Assembly (NCBI GenBank): GCA_977016875.1 | Contig: CDRNST010000186.1 | Span: forward strand, 2,542,001-2,606,000 | Length of the DNA: 64,000 bases | Direction of reading: 5' to 3' | From: Pavona decussata | Lineage: Eukaryota | Made by a program: the position numbers and the translations under genes | Part shown: positions 32,876 to 47,800 of the stretch, one piece after another | Numbering within the stretch: the first letter of the stretch is position 1 | Layout of the letters: each line of letters starts with the position of its first letter | The notes under the pieces: generated by a model | Database searches by the model: none | Told to the model about the DNA's origin: nothing | What the model saw: only the letters and a program-made list of their open reading frames with translations

Positions 32876-35800
32876 TCATGGTACAGGCCAGTGATCACTT
32901 TCCACGAGGCATGACTTTTTCTGGTAGTGCTCAATGAGATTGCTCCACATTTCATAAACACCAAGCAAATTCTTGTTGCCTGAAAGAAAGAAAAACAAAA
33001 AGAGTTAGGAAACTCGCATGGCTGCCTTAGTTTCAAAACTTTGCTCGAGCCATCCTGGATTTCACCGATGGAAAGACCTTGGGGACGAGGTGCAATGTTT
33101 GTTAATCGTTTCAATGACAAAGAACACATGCGTGGAATCAGGATCATTCCCAAGACGTCGAGTTACTGCAAGTGTTGTAACACGTTAATTGTGAGCTTAC
33201 GTAGTACGATGGCCGACGTTATGTAGGAGAACGGCAAGTTGTCCTTGTCCCGACCAACGCCACAGCTAAATTTACAGGATTCCTTGTTGTAACTTGGCCA
33301 TCTTTCGTTAATTTCGTGTGCTGATCGCGAATATCGTGTTAAACGTAAAATCAGTATGGTGCAACAGTGGTCAAACTACAATTTTTGCCTTCTTTTTTCC
33401 TCAGCCGTCCTGCTCCATTAAGGGTGACTTTCTCGAAGATCCTATTCAATCTTCATCAAAAAAATAGATTTCCCTGTTAACTCTTCCATGGAAATCTGTT
33501 GACAAGTAGGTAGCAAGTATGAAATACGAATGGAGAAATTTAACTTCCTTAAAATTTTCTGATTCGAACTATTCGCACCCCGGGCTGTGTCCACTCACCA
33601 CGGCAGTGACGAGATCGTGAATTTTGCGAGACTTGCAGCTGTTAGTTCTGGAGAATACAGATTATTCAAAACCTCCTTATTCGTTAGTTATAAACGATGA
33701 TCCTTCACGTTTGTAATATTTTGAATTGCAATCATAAGCTTTAATTGCTGTAATAATAGGCACAAATTTTATCTTCTTTGAGCACTTATCACATAGTGCG
33801 ATTAAGCTCAATTTCAGAGGAATAAATTGCAGAAGTGGGTCATCCTCACTGGCTCATCTACATATCAGTGCAAATTTCCATCCATCGTCTGAGCAAATCT
33901 GTTAAGACGTTTGTTGGTAATTCAATTTATGTTCCATAAGTGAGAGGCGCAAGTTGTGACATTCGACTAACACGGCCATATTTCCATCGCACATGTCATC
34001 AACGAATGTTAGCAACAAACCAAGAAGCAGCCTGGGGGCAATTTCTCGAAAGTCCCTTTAACTTATCGGGCCCGATAAGTGTCTTTGGTGATAAATGTTT
34101 CTTAACAGAAGTAAATTTAATGAGATTTTGACGAAGGGCTAGCTAGTGCTCGAAAGGTCATCTCCAAATTACATTATCAACTCAGTCCATAAAACCAAAT
34201 ATTCGAGTAAACATTATCTTACATTTCTGGGTCCAGATCCGCAAGGCCCTCCTAAGCTATAAGTTTTCTCCTAGGCACTGTTTCTTGAAGAGGCTATTGT
34301 TGAGAAATGATACTCAAGAGAAATCTTAAAAGGAGCCTCACGAATCAGGGGCCAGATTCACGAAGCCCTCCTAAGTTAAGATGCATTCTAGTAAGTATTG
34401 CTTCTGGACAAAAGCCCATTTTTATTTCAACAATATACACTTAATCTATGGTTCCGTGGGAGACAGTTAGTTTTGTTTTCCCGAGTGTCCTGATGTTTCC
34501 TGGTGTTTCCTGCACTGCCTAGTGACCTGATTGTGGACATAAAAGGGATTGACATGTTGGCCCTCGATGGAGGACCGCTGTCATGTAATTCTCTATGTAC
34601 TCATCGTATCTATCTTACCAATGATACACAGTCCTCGCTTTGCTCTCGTCAGGGCGACATTGATTTGGTGCTCGTCCGTCACAAATCCAAGTTTCTCTGC
34701 CAGCCACCCGCGACTGGGCTCGTGGTCGATTTGGGACAGTGGCAACGACCGAACCAGCGATATGATCACAAAATCACTTTCACTGCCTGTGTTGAGATAT
34801 TATGCATTAAAACTGTAAATGGCTTGAACCATCATAATATATTGGTCAACCTACGTATGACATTATGCATCAGTTAATTCTTTGTTCTACTGTGCTGTTA
34901 CAGTAGTTCTACCATTCCTAATTAATATTTTTGGAAGAGTATTATCCTCTCAATTAAACGAATACTTCGATGCTGTGATTTTTCAATTTACTTCGGCCTA
35001 AAGGATGCACTATAACTGTGAGTCTGCTCTTTTGGCTTTGGTCGAGGGCTGGGAGAAGAGTTTGGATGACAAGGAAACTGTTGCTACTATGTCTCTATCT
35101 ATAAAAAGCCTTTAATGGCTCTCCTACCCTGTGATTACCTATTAGGGAGATATCAACATATCAAACTCGGCAATACGTATTCCTCATGGCTTCCCGTCTT
35201 TAAATGACAAGGAAACTGTTGCTACTATGTCTCTATCTATAAAAAGCCTTTAATGGCTCTCCTACCCTGTGATTACCTATTAGGGAGATATCAACATATC
35301 AAACTCGGCAATACGTATTCCTCATGGCTTCCCGTCTTCAAAGGTGTTCCCCAGGGATCGGTACTTGGACCGCTATTTTTTAACATCTTCTTCAGCGAAT
35401 TTATTTTATGTTATTAAACATGTATCGGCAAATTCGTATGCCGATGATGTGCAACTTTACAACTCTGCCGAGGACCCTGTCATTTTGGAATCAAGGGTTA
35501 TACAGGATGATCTTGGCTTGATGGTTAATATTTCGATTTCTTTTGAATGTTTTCAGGAGTCATTAAAGCCCAGACACACTTTTTAGCACAACAAGCAGGA
35601 AAAAAGGGAGAGTAAAGTCATTAAAAGAAAACACCCCGATAGACTGGATAGAGGTAAGGCTGTTTTTCATGAGGAGATATATAACCATAAGCATAAGCAA
35701 GAAACAAGAAGCATGAATAATAACGCTCGATATGACAGATCCGTACAGACTCTTAAATGCCCCGAGAACAATAGGCATTCTGCGCGATAAGGACGTTGGG

Positions 35801-38800
35801 CAAGAAGTAAGGGCATTTTACAAGAAGCTAAGGACATTTGACTTTTTTAACCTAAAGACCAGCTGTAAAAGTAACTACTGTCCATCACAGGGATTATTCA
35901 ATTTTGCATCATATTTTTAAATTTGGGTTGTATCATAATTTAGTTATATCAACTTGGGATTGTATATATACATTTTTACTTTTTTACACTATTCACGTGA
36001 GTAGGTAAGCATTTATATCTTTTTAGTTATGATTATATTTTAATATTCTTAGATATGCTTCATTTCCATTTTCATTTTTTTATATATTTACTTAAATTTG
36101 TTTCTATTGTGGTTCTTTGTAAGTTAAGTTACTCCTACCTATTGTCATGCGTTTTACACATGAGCCTCTGGCTCGGGTACAGAGGGAAACCTTATGCCAC
36201 GCTTTAACATTAATAAAATGATTGATTGATTGATTGATTGTTTCACACATTGATTGTTTGATTGTTTGAGAGCTCTAGCTACATAATCATAAGGACGGAC
36301 GCACGCGCAGAAAACCATTTCTTGACGGAATTCTCGATACCAGCTCCCCTCAGTCTTAGGCATGATGACGCACGAATCGAAACGGTTGACTGCCTTGTGC
36401 TTGTCCTTATGTCGCCCCCGTTCTCATGAGTGAAAACTGTGACATATAAGCATAAGCGCTATCGTTCTCCTTGTGCTTATGCTTATGTCAGTCGCAGGTG
36501 CTTTCACTTGCTTAAGCGGCGTTTGTCATTAGCGGAGCTTGCCCTCGCGCCGTAGGCGCGCGGCGGAGCCCCATAGCTAAGAGATTTTGGTAAACCCATC
36601 AGTGCGAGAAATTTTGGTTTGGTTATGACGTCACTTCCGTCCGACCGACCGACCGACCGCCCGTACGTACGCTTTCTCCATGTAAGCCAACATGAAATGA
36701 GACACTTAAACCTTGTGCTGCAAATCAGGTTTTTTTCGGCGGGAAAATGCATGGCCAACTGCGCTGCCGGCCGCGTTTGTTTGGCAGGAAATTGCATCGC
36801 CAACTGCGTTTGAGAAAAAAAACAATAATAGTTTTGGAGACGACGTGCACGACAGAACACAAACTCAATTTATGAATAATTCTACAAACATGTAAAGCAA
36901 AGAAAGGGAGATGGAAAGAGATCGAGAAAACAGGCGACGAAGAAGCGAAGTTCGACGTCAAAGAGAGCGATTGAGAGCGGTAGCAAACAGACGAAACATG
37001 AGTGACGAACAAAGAGAGAAAGTACGGGAAAGGGTGACAAAAAAACCCGTGTTGCAGCACAGTGTTTGAGAGTCTCATTTCACTTTGGCTTACATAGATG
37101 AGCGTTTGTGATGTAACCCGGGTTGTTTTTCGGCGGGAAAATGTATGGCCAAGTGCGCTGCCGGCCGCGTTTGTTTGGCGGTAGGTTACATCGCCAACTG
37201 CGTTTGAGAAAAAAAAAACAAAACAAAATAATTTTGAAGACGGCAAGATACAAAGTCAATCTTCATATGTGGCCAACAACAGGAGAAAGAGGAAGGAAAC
37301 TAGCGGCGGGATAAACAAATCGACTGGCACATCATCAGAATCTTGAAGTGAAATCATTTTACTCCGATCCGGCGTGACTAAACGTTGGATTTTTCCTCTT
37401 GAAGTGAAACGTTTCGCTCACTAAACGTTGTAAAAGGAACGGAAAAATCAGCAATGGAATAAAGGGATTGGTTATTCTCAGAAGAGGCGAGTACATTCAT
37501 GCAATTTTGTTGACAAAACTTTGCTAGTTTGCTGGTTTGCAAGATATTGTTTTCTTGCAGTTTTGACACGCTGTTCAACTTAAGCTTAAGCTAATACTGC
37601 TAACTTCAGAACAGTATTTTGAGCTCAGTTTTTCGGTCCATGTTGATTATTTCCCTTGGAGTTTTATTTTCTGATCTCGTCCAATTTTGCCGTCAAACAG
37701 CGGGAGAAAGAGTTAGGCGGATCGCGGCGGGAGAAATAAATCGACTCTTTTAGCAGCTTTTAGAGGCGGCATTTCATAAACAGCGGCCGGATCTCAGTTG
37801 AAGAGAAATTATTTTACTCTAGTCAGGCGCGATGAAATGAAATTAAGATGTGATGGATGTTTCCTCTTGAAGTGAAACTCAACGTTGTAAACGAACGAAA
37901 AAATCAGCAATCGAATAAAAGGACTGGTTATTCTCCAAAGAGGCGAGTATATTCATGTGATTTTGTTGACCAAACTTTGCTGTTTTTGCAAGATCTTTTT
38001 TTCTTGTAGTGTTGACACTGCATCTTGTTTAATCTCGGAGCAGCCTTTTGAGCTCATTTTTCGGTCCATGTTAGTTATTTCTCTTGGAGTTTTATTTTCT
38101 AATCTCATCCCATTTTGAATTAAATAAAAAAAATTTGATTCTGAGCTTGAAATAGTCAGTCAAACAAACGTCTCCCAGCATTGTATCGTTGGCATAAACT
38201 ACTGACAAATTTTTCTCGCATATATTTCCAATTTTAGCATTTATTTCTGACAATCTTGACAGAAAACAAACAAAAATACTTAAAACAGTAGGATATAACC
38301 GCAAAGATTAAGATGTGTGAGTAATTTTCACCGAAAGTCTTTTCAAAGAACGTTAAAAGCGAATGTAAAATTAAAGTGTGATTTCATTTTCATCAAAACA
38401 AAGTTAACGCAAAACATTCATTCGCTTGTTTTTGTGAATTTTTCAAAGATAGTTGTTTAGTTTATTTCTGTACTTATTGCTATGAATTATCACAGTGCTT
38501 TTTTCATTTGTTACTCAAAGATATATTTGAAGTGTGTTTTTTGGTTATTGCATCCATTTTCTCTGAGGTTTAAAGCGTACGGCCTTCTTGATAAGCAAAA
38601 TTGACTAGACAGTGATAGTGCCAGTAGCGCGCGTTGGTCGATCATCTTAAAAACTAAAAACAATAATAAAAACAGAAAATATCATTTTGAGTCCATTTAA
38701 ATTCCGCTTTTATCACATAGAGAGCAAAATGTTCCTAAAACTATCAAGGAACTTCGTAAAACAGTCAGTAAAACACTCATCGAAGGCGCAGGCAAACCAA

Positions 38801-41800
38801 CAAATTATTTAATTTTTTCGTAGCGTACAAAACAAACAAAACCGACGAGAACAGTTCCCTTTATACACATGCAATAAAGAGAGAATACAAGTTTAATTCA
38901 GGAGCAAACTAACAACGATAAATCAAATGTTAGGCATCAATTAATTGTTCGCCTGAGCTGTGAAGCTTCCTACCGCTTGGAAATCACACGAACATTGATC
39001 GATAAAAATAGCAAACGATGGATCCAAAGAAGGAACTTGCGGAGTAATTTCTTCCTGCTCCTTCCTCCCATCAAAAGGACACTTCCATGCTCGGTTATAA
39101 TTCGTTGAAAGCACTTTAACGCCATGACTGATTTCAGTTTCTCAACCGAAACAAAATAAAATCAATCCGATCCAAGTCTTTAGCTTTTGACACAAATAAA
39201 CTTTTGCTGTTTCTTGTGAGAGCCACCAAAATTAACCTTTAGAAATTTCCTTCCTAGCCGCGGCACTTGATTTCCATCTATTTTTGGTACAAAGAACCCG
39301 GCTTAAAGAGTCGAACTTCGAAAGAACCTCAAAGAACTTGTTTTCTTTTTTTTTTTGACACAAAATGCAGAAACCAACAAAATGTAAAACTGTCGTGCTC
39401 AGCCAATCAGCAGCGAGTATTTTCGCCGCTCGACCAATCAGGAGTAAGTAATTTTGCCCTCAGTGAAAGGAAATTACGAAAAACTGCCCTCTGTTACAAC
39501 TAATCAGCATTCAGTAATTTTGCCCTCTGTTTTACATTGTTATTGTTGATGAGCAGTTAGTTGCATATGCATTAAAAATGTACTATATAACTGCAGCATT
39601 GATGAGGAACTCATAAAGTTATTACGTTCATACAATAAGCAGACTTCTATTGTGGAGCTCCGCTTTTAGGCTTGGCTAAATATATGTATTGTGCTCATGT
39701 TTACGTTCTGGTGAAAATCAGGCTACAAAATCAGAGACACGTGGAAACTCTCTTTGGGTATATTCCGTTCTCAGCCTTCGTTCGATTCCACCATGACCGT
39801 ATGGCGATAACATGGCATCTTCTACAACTGCTACGGGAGAAAGCGCACAAAAGTACAGCTAGGGTGTGTCTCATAACCATAGAATAAACAATACTTGGTT
39901 TCAGCCGAGTTCAGTTCATAAACTTTACCGCGTTCACGGACTTAATTTTGACGTCTTATCTGATGGTGTATAAATAAACCTATCCTATCCTGTCCTATCT
40001 TTGAAGAATGGGAGTTAAAAGCGGCTCTTGTAACAATCATAAATGGAGTAAAATCCGACGCCCTTCCCGTTAGATTTGGCGTTCCGAAGAGTTCGGTATT
40101 AGGCCCCATTTTTTTGGCCCCCTTTTGTAACGATCTTCCTGTTATCGCCCACGATTGCGATAGTGAAGTACACATGTATGCTGACGACAAAGCCATTTAT
40201 GCGTCAGCACCTTCGCCAGACATGGTCACTGTTCTTTTAAATGACACCCTTAATAAGATTCACACCCGATGCTGCCACCACCGAATGTTGCTCCACCATG
40301 GGAAAACCGAGTGCATAATTTTTTAAATGCGTGGTCGTTTCATCGATCCGATACAGGCAATTAAACAGGAGATAACGTAGTTAATCAAGTCAAGTCCACC
40401 AGATGCCTAGGTGTTGAATTAGACAATGAACTTAATTGGAAGATTCACGTTGCCGATCTCATTAATTCTTTCACCCAGAAACTGAATCTTTTGAAGTCTT
40501 TATACTCTTTACCTACCACAATCAGAGCTAACTTTTATCTTAAGATCATTCTCCCTTCCGTTACCTATGCGTTAATCCTATGGGGTTCCTGTGGAAAAAT
40601 CCTCTTCGAGAAGTTTGAAAGGATCCACGTACGTGCCGCCAAGATAATGTACGGTTTAGACTGATACACACCCAGTGATAAGGTGCTAGGTCATGCCATG
40701 GTTCTCACTGTATGATTTGTACACTGTTTGCCCTTTGAATGTTTTTATGGAACTGCTCCTCTCTACCTAAAACTGCTTTAAGAAGTATACTTGCAAGAAC
40801 AATCTACGAAGGAAAGTGACCTTTGAGGTACCACTTTTGAAAACGGACCTCCGTTGCAAATCTACTTTATACAAATTATTCAATAAGCCTTTGGAACTCT
40901 CTGGATACGCAAACAAGGGAGCTATCCGGTACAAACTGTTTCAGTAAAAATAAACTAAAAGTATTCTTCTATAAATATTTGTTTTTGTTTTAGGATCATT
41001 GTCAATAGTTTTAGTTTTAGCTTTTTGTGCATTGATATGTGTTATTTTTATTACATTTTATATTTTATTTATAACACGACCACATCAGCTCTGCTGTAAT
41101 TTTTTATCGTGTATAAATAAATGCAACTACTGCAACTACTAATGCAGTATATATTTTGTATATGACTGAAATAATTTACTGATCCAGGTCTCAGGGCTGT
41201 TTACAACGATCACTCATCAAACTATGAAGAATCATTGGATAGGAACAACCTAGTGACTCTGAATGTCAAACGCATACAGGATATGCTGTTGACTGCATTC
41301 AAGATTTTATACATAATGGATATGCCGAGATACCTATCTGACTTACTGGTATTAAGATACCCTCAATTCACGAAAAGACAAAAGGAAAAAGGAGAGGAAA
41401 AAACAAGTTCAACATACCAAGGGTCTCAACAACAACATATGGGTTATATTCTTTTAGATACTTAGTCCCTAAAACTTGGAGTAACCTACCAGAAAATATT
41501 CTGTGTTCGGAGATTTTAAAGGTGTACTTAGTACTTTGTCTTTTACTAAAACCTGTTGTAATTTTTGCTGACACTGCTTTGTTTGTTTTTAACTAGTCAA
41601 TTAACGATATTATGTTTATTTTATATGTAAGGGTATTTTAGTAAGTTAGCTTTCGGAAATGCCAGCATATCTATGCTACTCTGTAAATCCGAATTTAAAT
41701 AACATCTATGTATGTAAGTAAACTCCATATCAAAGGGAAAAAACAAGTTATTCTAGAGCCGCAGAACCATTCTACCTAAGGCTTAAGACAAAACATACAA

Positions 41801-44800
41801 AAACAAAACCGAAAAATTAAAGGAATTATTAAAATCATTCACATACTTTGTTTGAGTTAAATGTTTTCACGATTATTCCATTTGTGCTTTTCACTTATCA
41901 GCTCCTTGTTTTGACATTGTTAATTACATGTATGTGTGATGCCTCTTGTCTTTATCTGTTCTTGTCCTAATGCAACAATACAACAGGCTGCCTTTATAAC
42001 AACTTTGTAAACACTTCCACCTACCTTGGCTTTGCACAATCGACATGACTCGAATCTCGGACAATTTCTCTTTGGCAAGATCGTCTCCTATTATGTGGCA
42101 TTGAGCTCGGTAAGGGGACAAAACCACGATCTGATCATTTTTTACTCCACAGTCGATGAGTTTTTTAATCACCTGTACCTGAAGAAAGGAGCGTAAAAGA
42201 AAAAACCTCGTAGTAATAATATAAAAGATAAATAGAGAGCGGAAATAAATAGAGCTTCGACAATAGCTCGTTAACTTAGTGACAACTACTAGCAGTCCAT
42301 TGAATCCCAGGCCACTGAATGACTACACGTTGGCCACTTATTCACCCGAGATCGTCTGGCATTATAATAAGCCATATTTAAGCCGGAAAATGAAGGACCT
42401 TACTCTTTCAAGACTTTTCTCCGTTAAATGAAATATGCTCAGCATCCAACATCAATTGAACCTAAACATGAGTTTAGTTTTGTGGGAATTAGCCAGATCC
42501 CTAAATGACTGGTATTAACCGATTTATGAATAGCCTTAAGAAGGGTCGCATCAAGCACAGTTTACTCCTGCGCCAATGGTTTCTCAGCACTGTCACAAAT
42601 GTTCATGTTATTTATAACGGTATAGTCACCAAATAAAAGAAATCGTTACTAAATTAGAACCGGAACACTCACTTTTACAATGTGATTCAGACACGAGAAC
42701 CAACTACAAATACGTATAAAATTTAATGATTGTATCATGTTGGAGCACCAAGTGACGGCAACTGCTCGATGAATAAACCGCGAGCCGCAACGATTGTTAT
42801 TATTTTGAGCCGATAAAAATGTTGATGGTGGCGGCGGAATTAACTCTACAATGAAATCTAGGTACCCCGGTCTATTTTGATTCCGTAAGACTACGATTCA
42901 AGTGGCGTCGCGTTGATTTTACAAATGAGATTTTCAAACTGTGGTGTGACTCTAAAAAGCATATTGTACGACGACCTGTCACTACTAAGCGGTCTAATTG
43001 ACGAACATCTATTTGACAATAACTGTAGAAATTCCCGCGCGCTGATTGTCTATAAGAGTAGGGACAATAAAAATAACGTCAGATGTAATGCGCGCGCTTT
43101 CTCAACGGAACCTTAAAGCCAATTCCACTTGTACCTTTACCATGTTATTGTAAAAAAAAAATCGACGACAGTTTTCTATGGTCCATACTTTTATAGACCA
43201 TAAAATGACTCCATAAAATGTTCAAAACTTGGCAAAGAAACCACTCGCCTGCGACTCGTGGTTCCACTTTAGTTATGAATATTTTATGACGTCAGTTAAT
43301 GGTCAATAAGAGTAAAGACCATAGGAAATCGCCGTCGATGTGTTACGCACGAACCGAGATGTACTTCCTCTTAAATTTGATGGGAAAGAGCAAAACGTCA
43401 CATCACCTGTGGTCGACACACGACCATTGGTGGTTTATTATACAATTAGCATGCTTCTCCACACTCACCACTTTATCTTTCTCCTCCACGTTGCTCTTGG
43501 AGCGCTCATTGCCTTCGTGTGAGGTCACCACCAGCTCTTCCTCCTTACCGACAACATTACAAAATACAAGAGGCACGTAATCCTTTGCAGTGTGACTAGG
43601 CCAGAATTTTACAAACTTTCCACTCATTCTTGACCTCTCTTCACGCTCATTGACTGAGTTAGCAGTTTTCAATCTGTTGCCATAGAAATGCTCCGAAGGA
43701 AATGCACAAATTTCTTCGTGCTGAAATAAAACAAGCCATAGAGGAAACAAAAAGTGAATTCACACAACACCAGGTAACACGTGTATAGATGCCTCATTTC
43801 ATCAGTTAAAAAAAAAACACCGTTGTTAATAGGGTGTAACAACTAAGGATCCCCATAGAGCCACTTCATGCTTTCTTAAAGTCCACGAACCATAGATATC
43901 AGCCGAGTAATTCGATGATTCAGTTTCAGTGTGGCTGGATCATTTGACCGCGGTTTGGAAGATCTTGGGGAATTAAGATTTTAGGTTTTTTCACTGTGCT
44001 AGGCACGATCTGATCGCAAATTAATTGTACACAACTCATTTCGTTAGCTTTGAAACAAAGGCCAAACTGGATTATAAGACAGCTGCTGCTCACACCATTC
44101 AATGGATGATCACCCTATGTACAATCGCTGATTACGATTCCCATTTAGCATTATCTGATAGCTTTTAATCACTTACTATCTCCAAGATAATAAAAAAGAC
44201 TTCATGACAATCACTTACTTATTTTTCGGGAAACTTTAGGTGATGAGTGAATTATTTCCATCTGTCATCGCACAGGAGGAAAAAAATTCTATCCGTATTG
44301 ACATTTACCTTTCTTTCTTAACAAAACATACTGACTAAACTGGCTTCTGCGGCTATTTTCTGAACTTACCATCCTGTATTGCTCCTCAAGCATCAAGGCA
44401 TCCTACTCAGCGGGCTCGTTACAAACTGATAACAGTTTAATTGTACACATTTCTTTTGCTTTAAAGCAAACTAAAGGTGAAAGTGGATTATGAGTGGATG
44501 CTGCTCCCGCGATTCTATGGATCACAGCATTCACAATCGCTTCCGGTCTCCGAGATAAAAATAAAAGCTCCATGAAAAGCACTTATTCATTTTTTGGGGA
44601 CCTTTTGGTGACGAGGAATTAGTTGTTCTGTCAGTCGCGACATTTGCCTTTCTTTCTTAGCAAAACATACTGACTATACACTGACTTATGCGGCTTTTTT
44701 TTTTAACTTACCATTCTGTATTGCTCCTCAAGCATCAAGGCATGGTTTGAGTATCGCTCAAACAAGGACTTACTCAACCCTAGAGACTTGGCAGTTCTGT

Positions 44801-47800
44801 TAATTACGATCGGTTGAAGCTGCATGTGATCACCAATGAGAACCACTTGTTCCGCTTGTGAACAGACAATAGGGATGAGGGTTTCCGGTTCCAAACACAT
44901 GCCGCACTCGTCAACTATGCACTGAATCGTGTTGTCACACCCGTCTTTCACTCTCTTACTTCCCGCCGCCGAGCAGGTGCAAAGCACAATTTGGTGGTAC
45001 TGTCCTTTCCGCACGCTCCTAATGACCCACCGTTCAGCTTCCTTTATTTTCTGCGATTAGAAATTTACCAAACTCTATAGTCTTAACCTCTTATTTTGTG
45101 GGAGGTTAAATTGCCAGGGAGAATAAAGTACTATGAGCCCTACAGAATAATATTAAATTGATGCCTTAATTCATCGGAAATAGAAATTTTCCCTTTTCTG
45201 TCTTCTTGGACAATTCGGGTAACATTGAACCGGAGCAGACTCAGAGTGACTGACACATAGAAAAATATCTTTCTGGCAGAAGTCTGAGGGTTTCGTTTCA
45301 AAAACAATAGTTTCAGGATTTTACTCGAGAAACTTAAAAATTAAAACTTCCTTTTGCAGCAAAAATATTAAGCACATGTATGATTACTCTTCAGTTTAAA
45401 TTTGAATGGTCCCACTTTTGGGGTCCATCCACAAAATGAAGCGTTAACAATTAGAACCACCTTTTCAACATTAATTATCAAGCCCTGTAAGAGAATGCTG
45501 TTTAATTAATCCTTGAAATTTAAATAACCGTACTTAAGCTTTTATCAATAGACGTAAAATCCAAAGTGGTTTAACTCTGTGAATAATAGGGCACTAGTGA
45601 ATATTACACGAATACAAATTACACAATTCGCATACGTTGTTTTTTTTTTCATTGCACTCTCATTAATGAAGCTGTTCAAACCTGTAGATACTTTGCAACT
45701 TCCTTGTCTTTCACTTTTTTCTTTTCTTTCTTCATTCTGGCAAACTTTCGCTCAAATTTTTTTAACTGGCGCGCAAATGGTGACCTTTTTTTGTCTCTGA
45801 TCACGTGATGCAAGGCAACACGTTTTAAGTCCTGAGGAACTTCGTAGACATCGGTCTTTCGAGTTTGTTTTACTTGGTTTGGGATCGGAAATTCTTCTTC
45901 CTCAATGACGTTTCCGTAAAGTCGAAGGATATTGATACCGGTAATCCTCATCAAATAATCTACAGAGGAAAAAATAGTAAGTAATTTCGTATTCAGTTTA
46001 CTACGAGCATGCTTGTGACTGCAAAGAAACTGGCTGAATGTATGCTAGAGACCAATCTCGTCCCCACAGCGCGTGCGCGTTTTAGGCCAGCGGAGGCCGC
46101 ACGTCCACGGGCTCTGGGCTAATCAGAAACCGGAAGCCAAGATTTGACTTCCGGTTTAAAGGGGGATACTGCGGACCTGGAGGAAGACAGCCTCTGGGAA
46201 AGAGCATCAAAGGCCATTAAAACAAGTGAAAAAGGTGACAACCTCCATTCCTCCCGTTTGCCAATGATTGTCATTCATGTGAGACTTCCTTGAAAACAAA
46301 ACAACCAAAACAAACGCTGCATATAATCTGGGTTTGTCGACGATCGATTAGCTTTCTCAACCGCGACAAATTCATTTTGCACATCCTCAGGTCGTTTTAG
46401 AAAACCAAACATTTTCCATAGGCAGGAGCAAAAAAAAAAAAGATATAGACTTGTAATGTTAAATAGTCGAATGGCGATTAGAAACAATTTGTTGTACTAC
46501 ACTCATATGGAATCAAATTAAGCTTGTTTTCGCCTGTATAGTGTAATTCTCAAAACCTTTAAAATGGGCGTGAATATAACGCTACGCAGCATGAGATTGC
46601 CAAGTTAATAGGGAAACGAAAATAGCGCCTAGTCGGAGGTTATATAAGCTTAAATCTGATTAAATAAAACTTAACAGGGTAAAGATTTTCAAACAACATT
46701 CGAGAAACTTCAGCAAAGATATCGTTCCTAAATGATTGCGTCGACGACAAATACCAACAAATCAATCATTGCAATTTTTTTTTTACAGAAACGAATTGTC
46801 TTGTCAAGCGTAAGCTTAATTTTTTCCGCCGTGAAATTTTACAAACGGTAGGTTTCACAAGATCACCTTTTGCCTACTCAGATACCATGATCACAGAAAC
46901 AATACAATAAAATAACAAAATTTCATTTAATAGCAAGACACATCTCTAGATCTGTAAACGTTCAATCCAAATAACCAGCAACTTGAAAATCTAAGCTTAT
47001 CTTGATCAGAAAGATCGGCTATTTTTTTCAATTCACACACTCAGTGTAAGCTTGTACGAAACTCACCCTGAAAAAAATATTTTACCTGCACTCCATGTGG
47101 TTTATCAGTCCTATAAGGTGCAAACTTAGAAAGCTCACAAATGAACTTGTGTATTAAGAGTGAAAACGATCTCTATTCCAAGCGTTAATATTTTTGTCTT
47201 TCTGTCCGACCGCTCTCTGAACCACTTTTTGGGCCACGCATTCTTGAATAATCCGCTTTTAACGCAGCGGTAACAAAGGATGTTTGTTTTCCTTGTTAAA
47301 CCTTCAATTATGTTTCTGCTGGGCTGCAGACAATATCTGTTCCAGTTCAACAAAGTAATCTTGAATAAATTCTGCTCCAGTCAGATCAACTCGCAGATAA
47401 CTCCGCGTTGCGAATGATTACAAGTTTGCTTCTTTCTGCCCTTTCAGTTCCTTCAACAGCACGAGAAAGGCTCTCAAACTTTTATCCGCATAAGACAATG
47501 TTAAGAACGATTCTAAACGGTCAGCATTGACTATGAACCACATTTCAGAGTCGATAATTAGAGGAGTTTTTTCGACTTGTCAGGTCCATCGTAACCTCGA
47601 CGCGACCCTCGACGCAAGTGTCATACTGTCATTCAGCTTTGTCCAACACTGTAACATATCGCAAAGGTTTTCGCGCCTTTTCCGTTTAGTTGTGATCTAC
47701 ACTTGTTATCTTTTTCGTGTTGTTTCACTGCCAAGAAAAAGTCAATGGAAATTTGTTTGCATTTTGATTCTATAGCGGCTTTTGCTTCGCCCAATTTCAG

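Noticed and set aside
34503-34877. Plus-strand ORFs of 124 and 89 aa
   Set aside because: Antisense shadows of the real minus-strand exon 34619-34786 (helicase motif VI).
36725-37246. 173-aa ORF and overlapping short ORFs
   Set aside because: They lie inside a composite non-coding repeat and have low-complexity translations.
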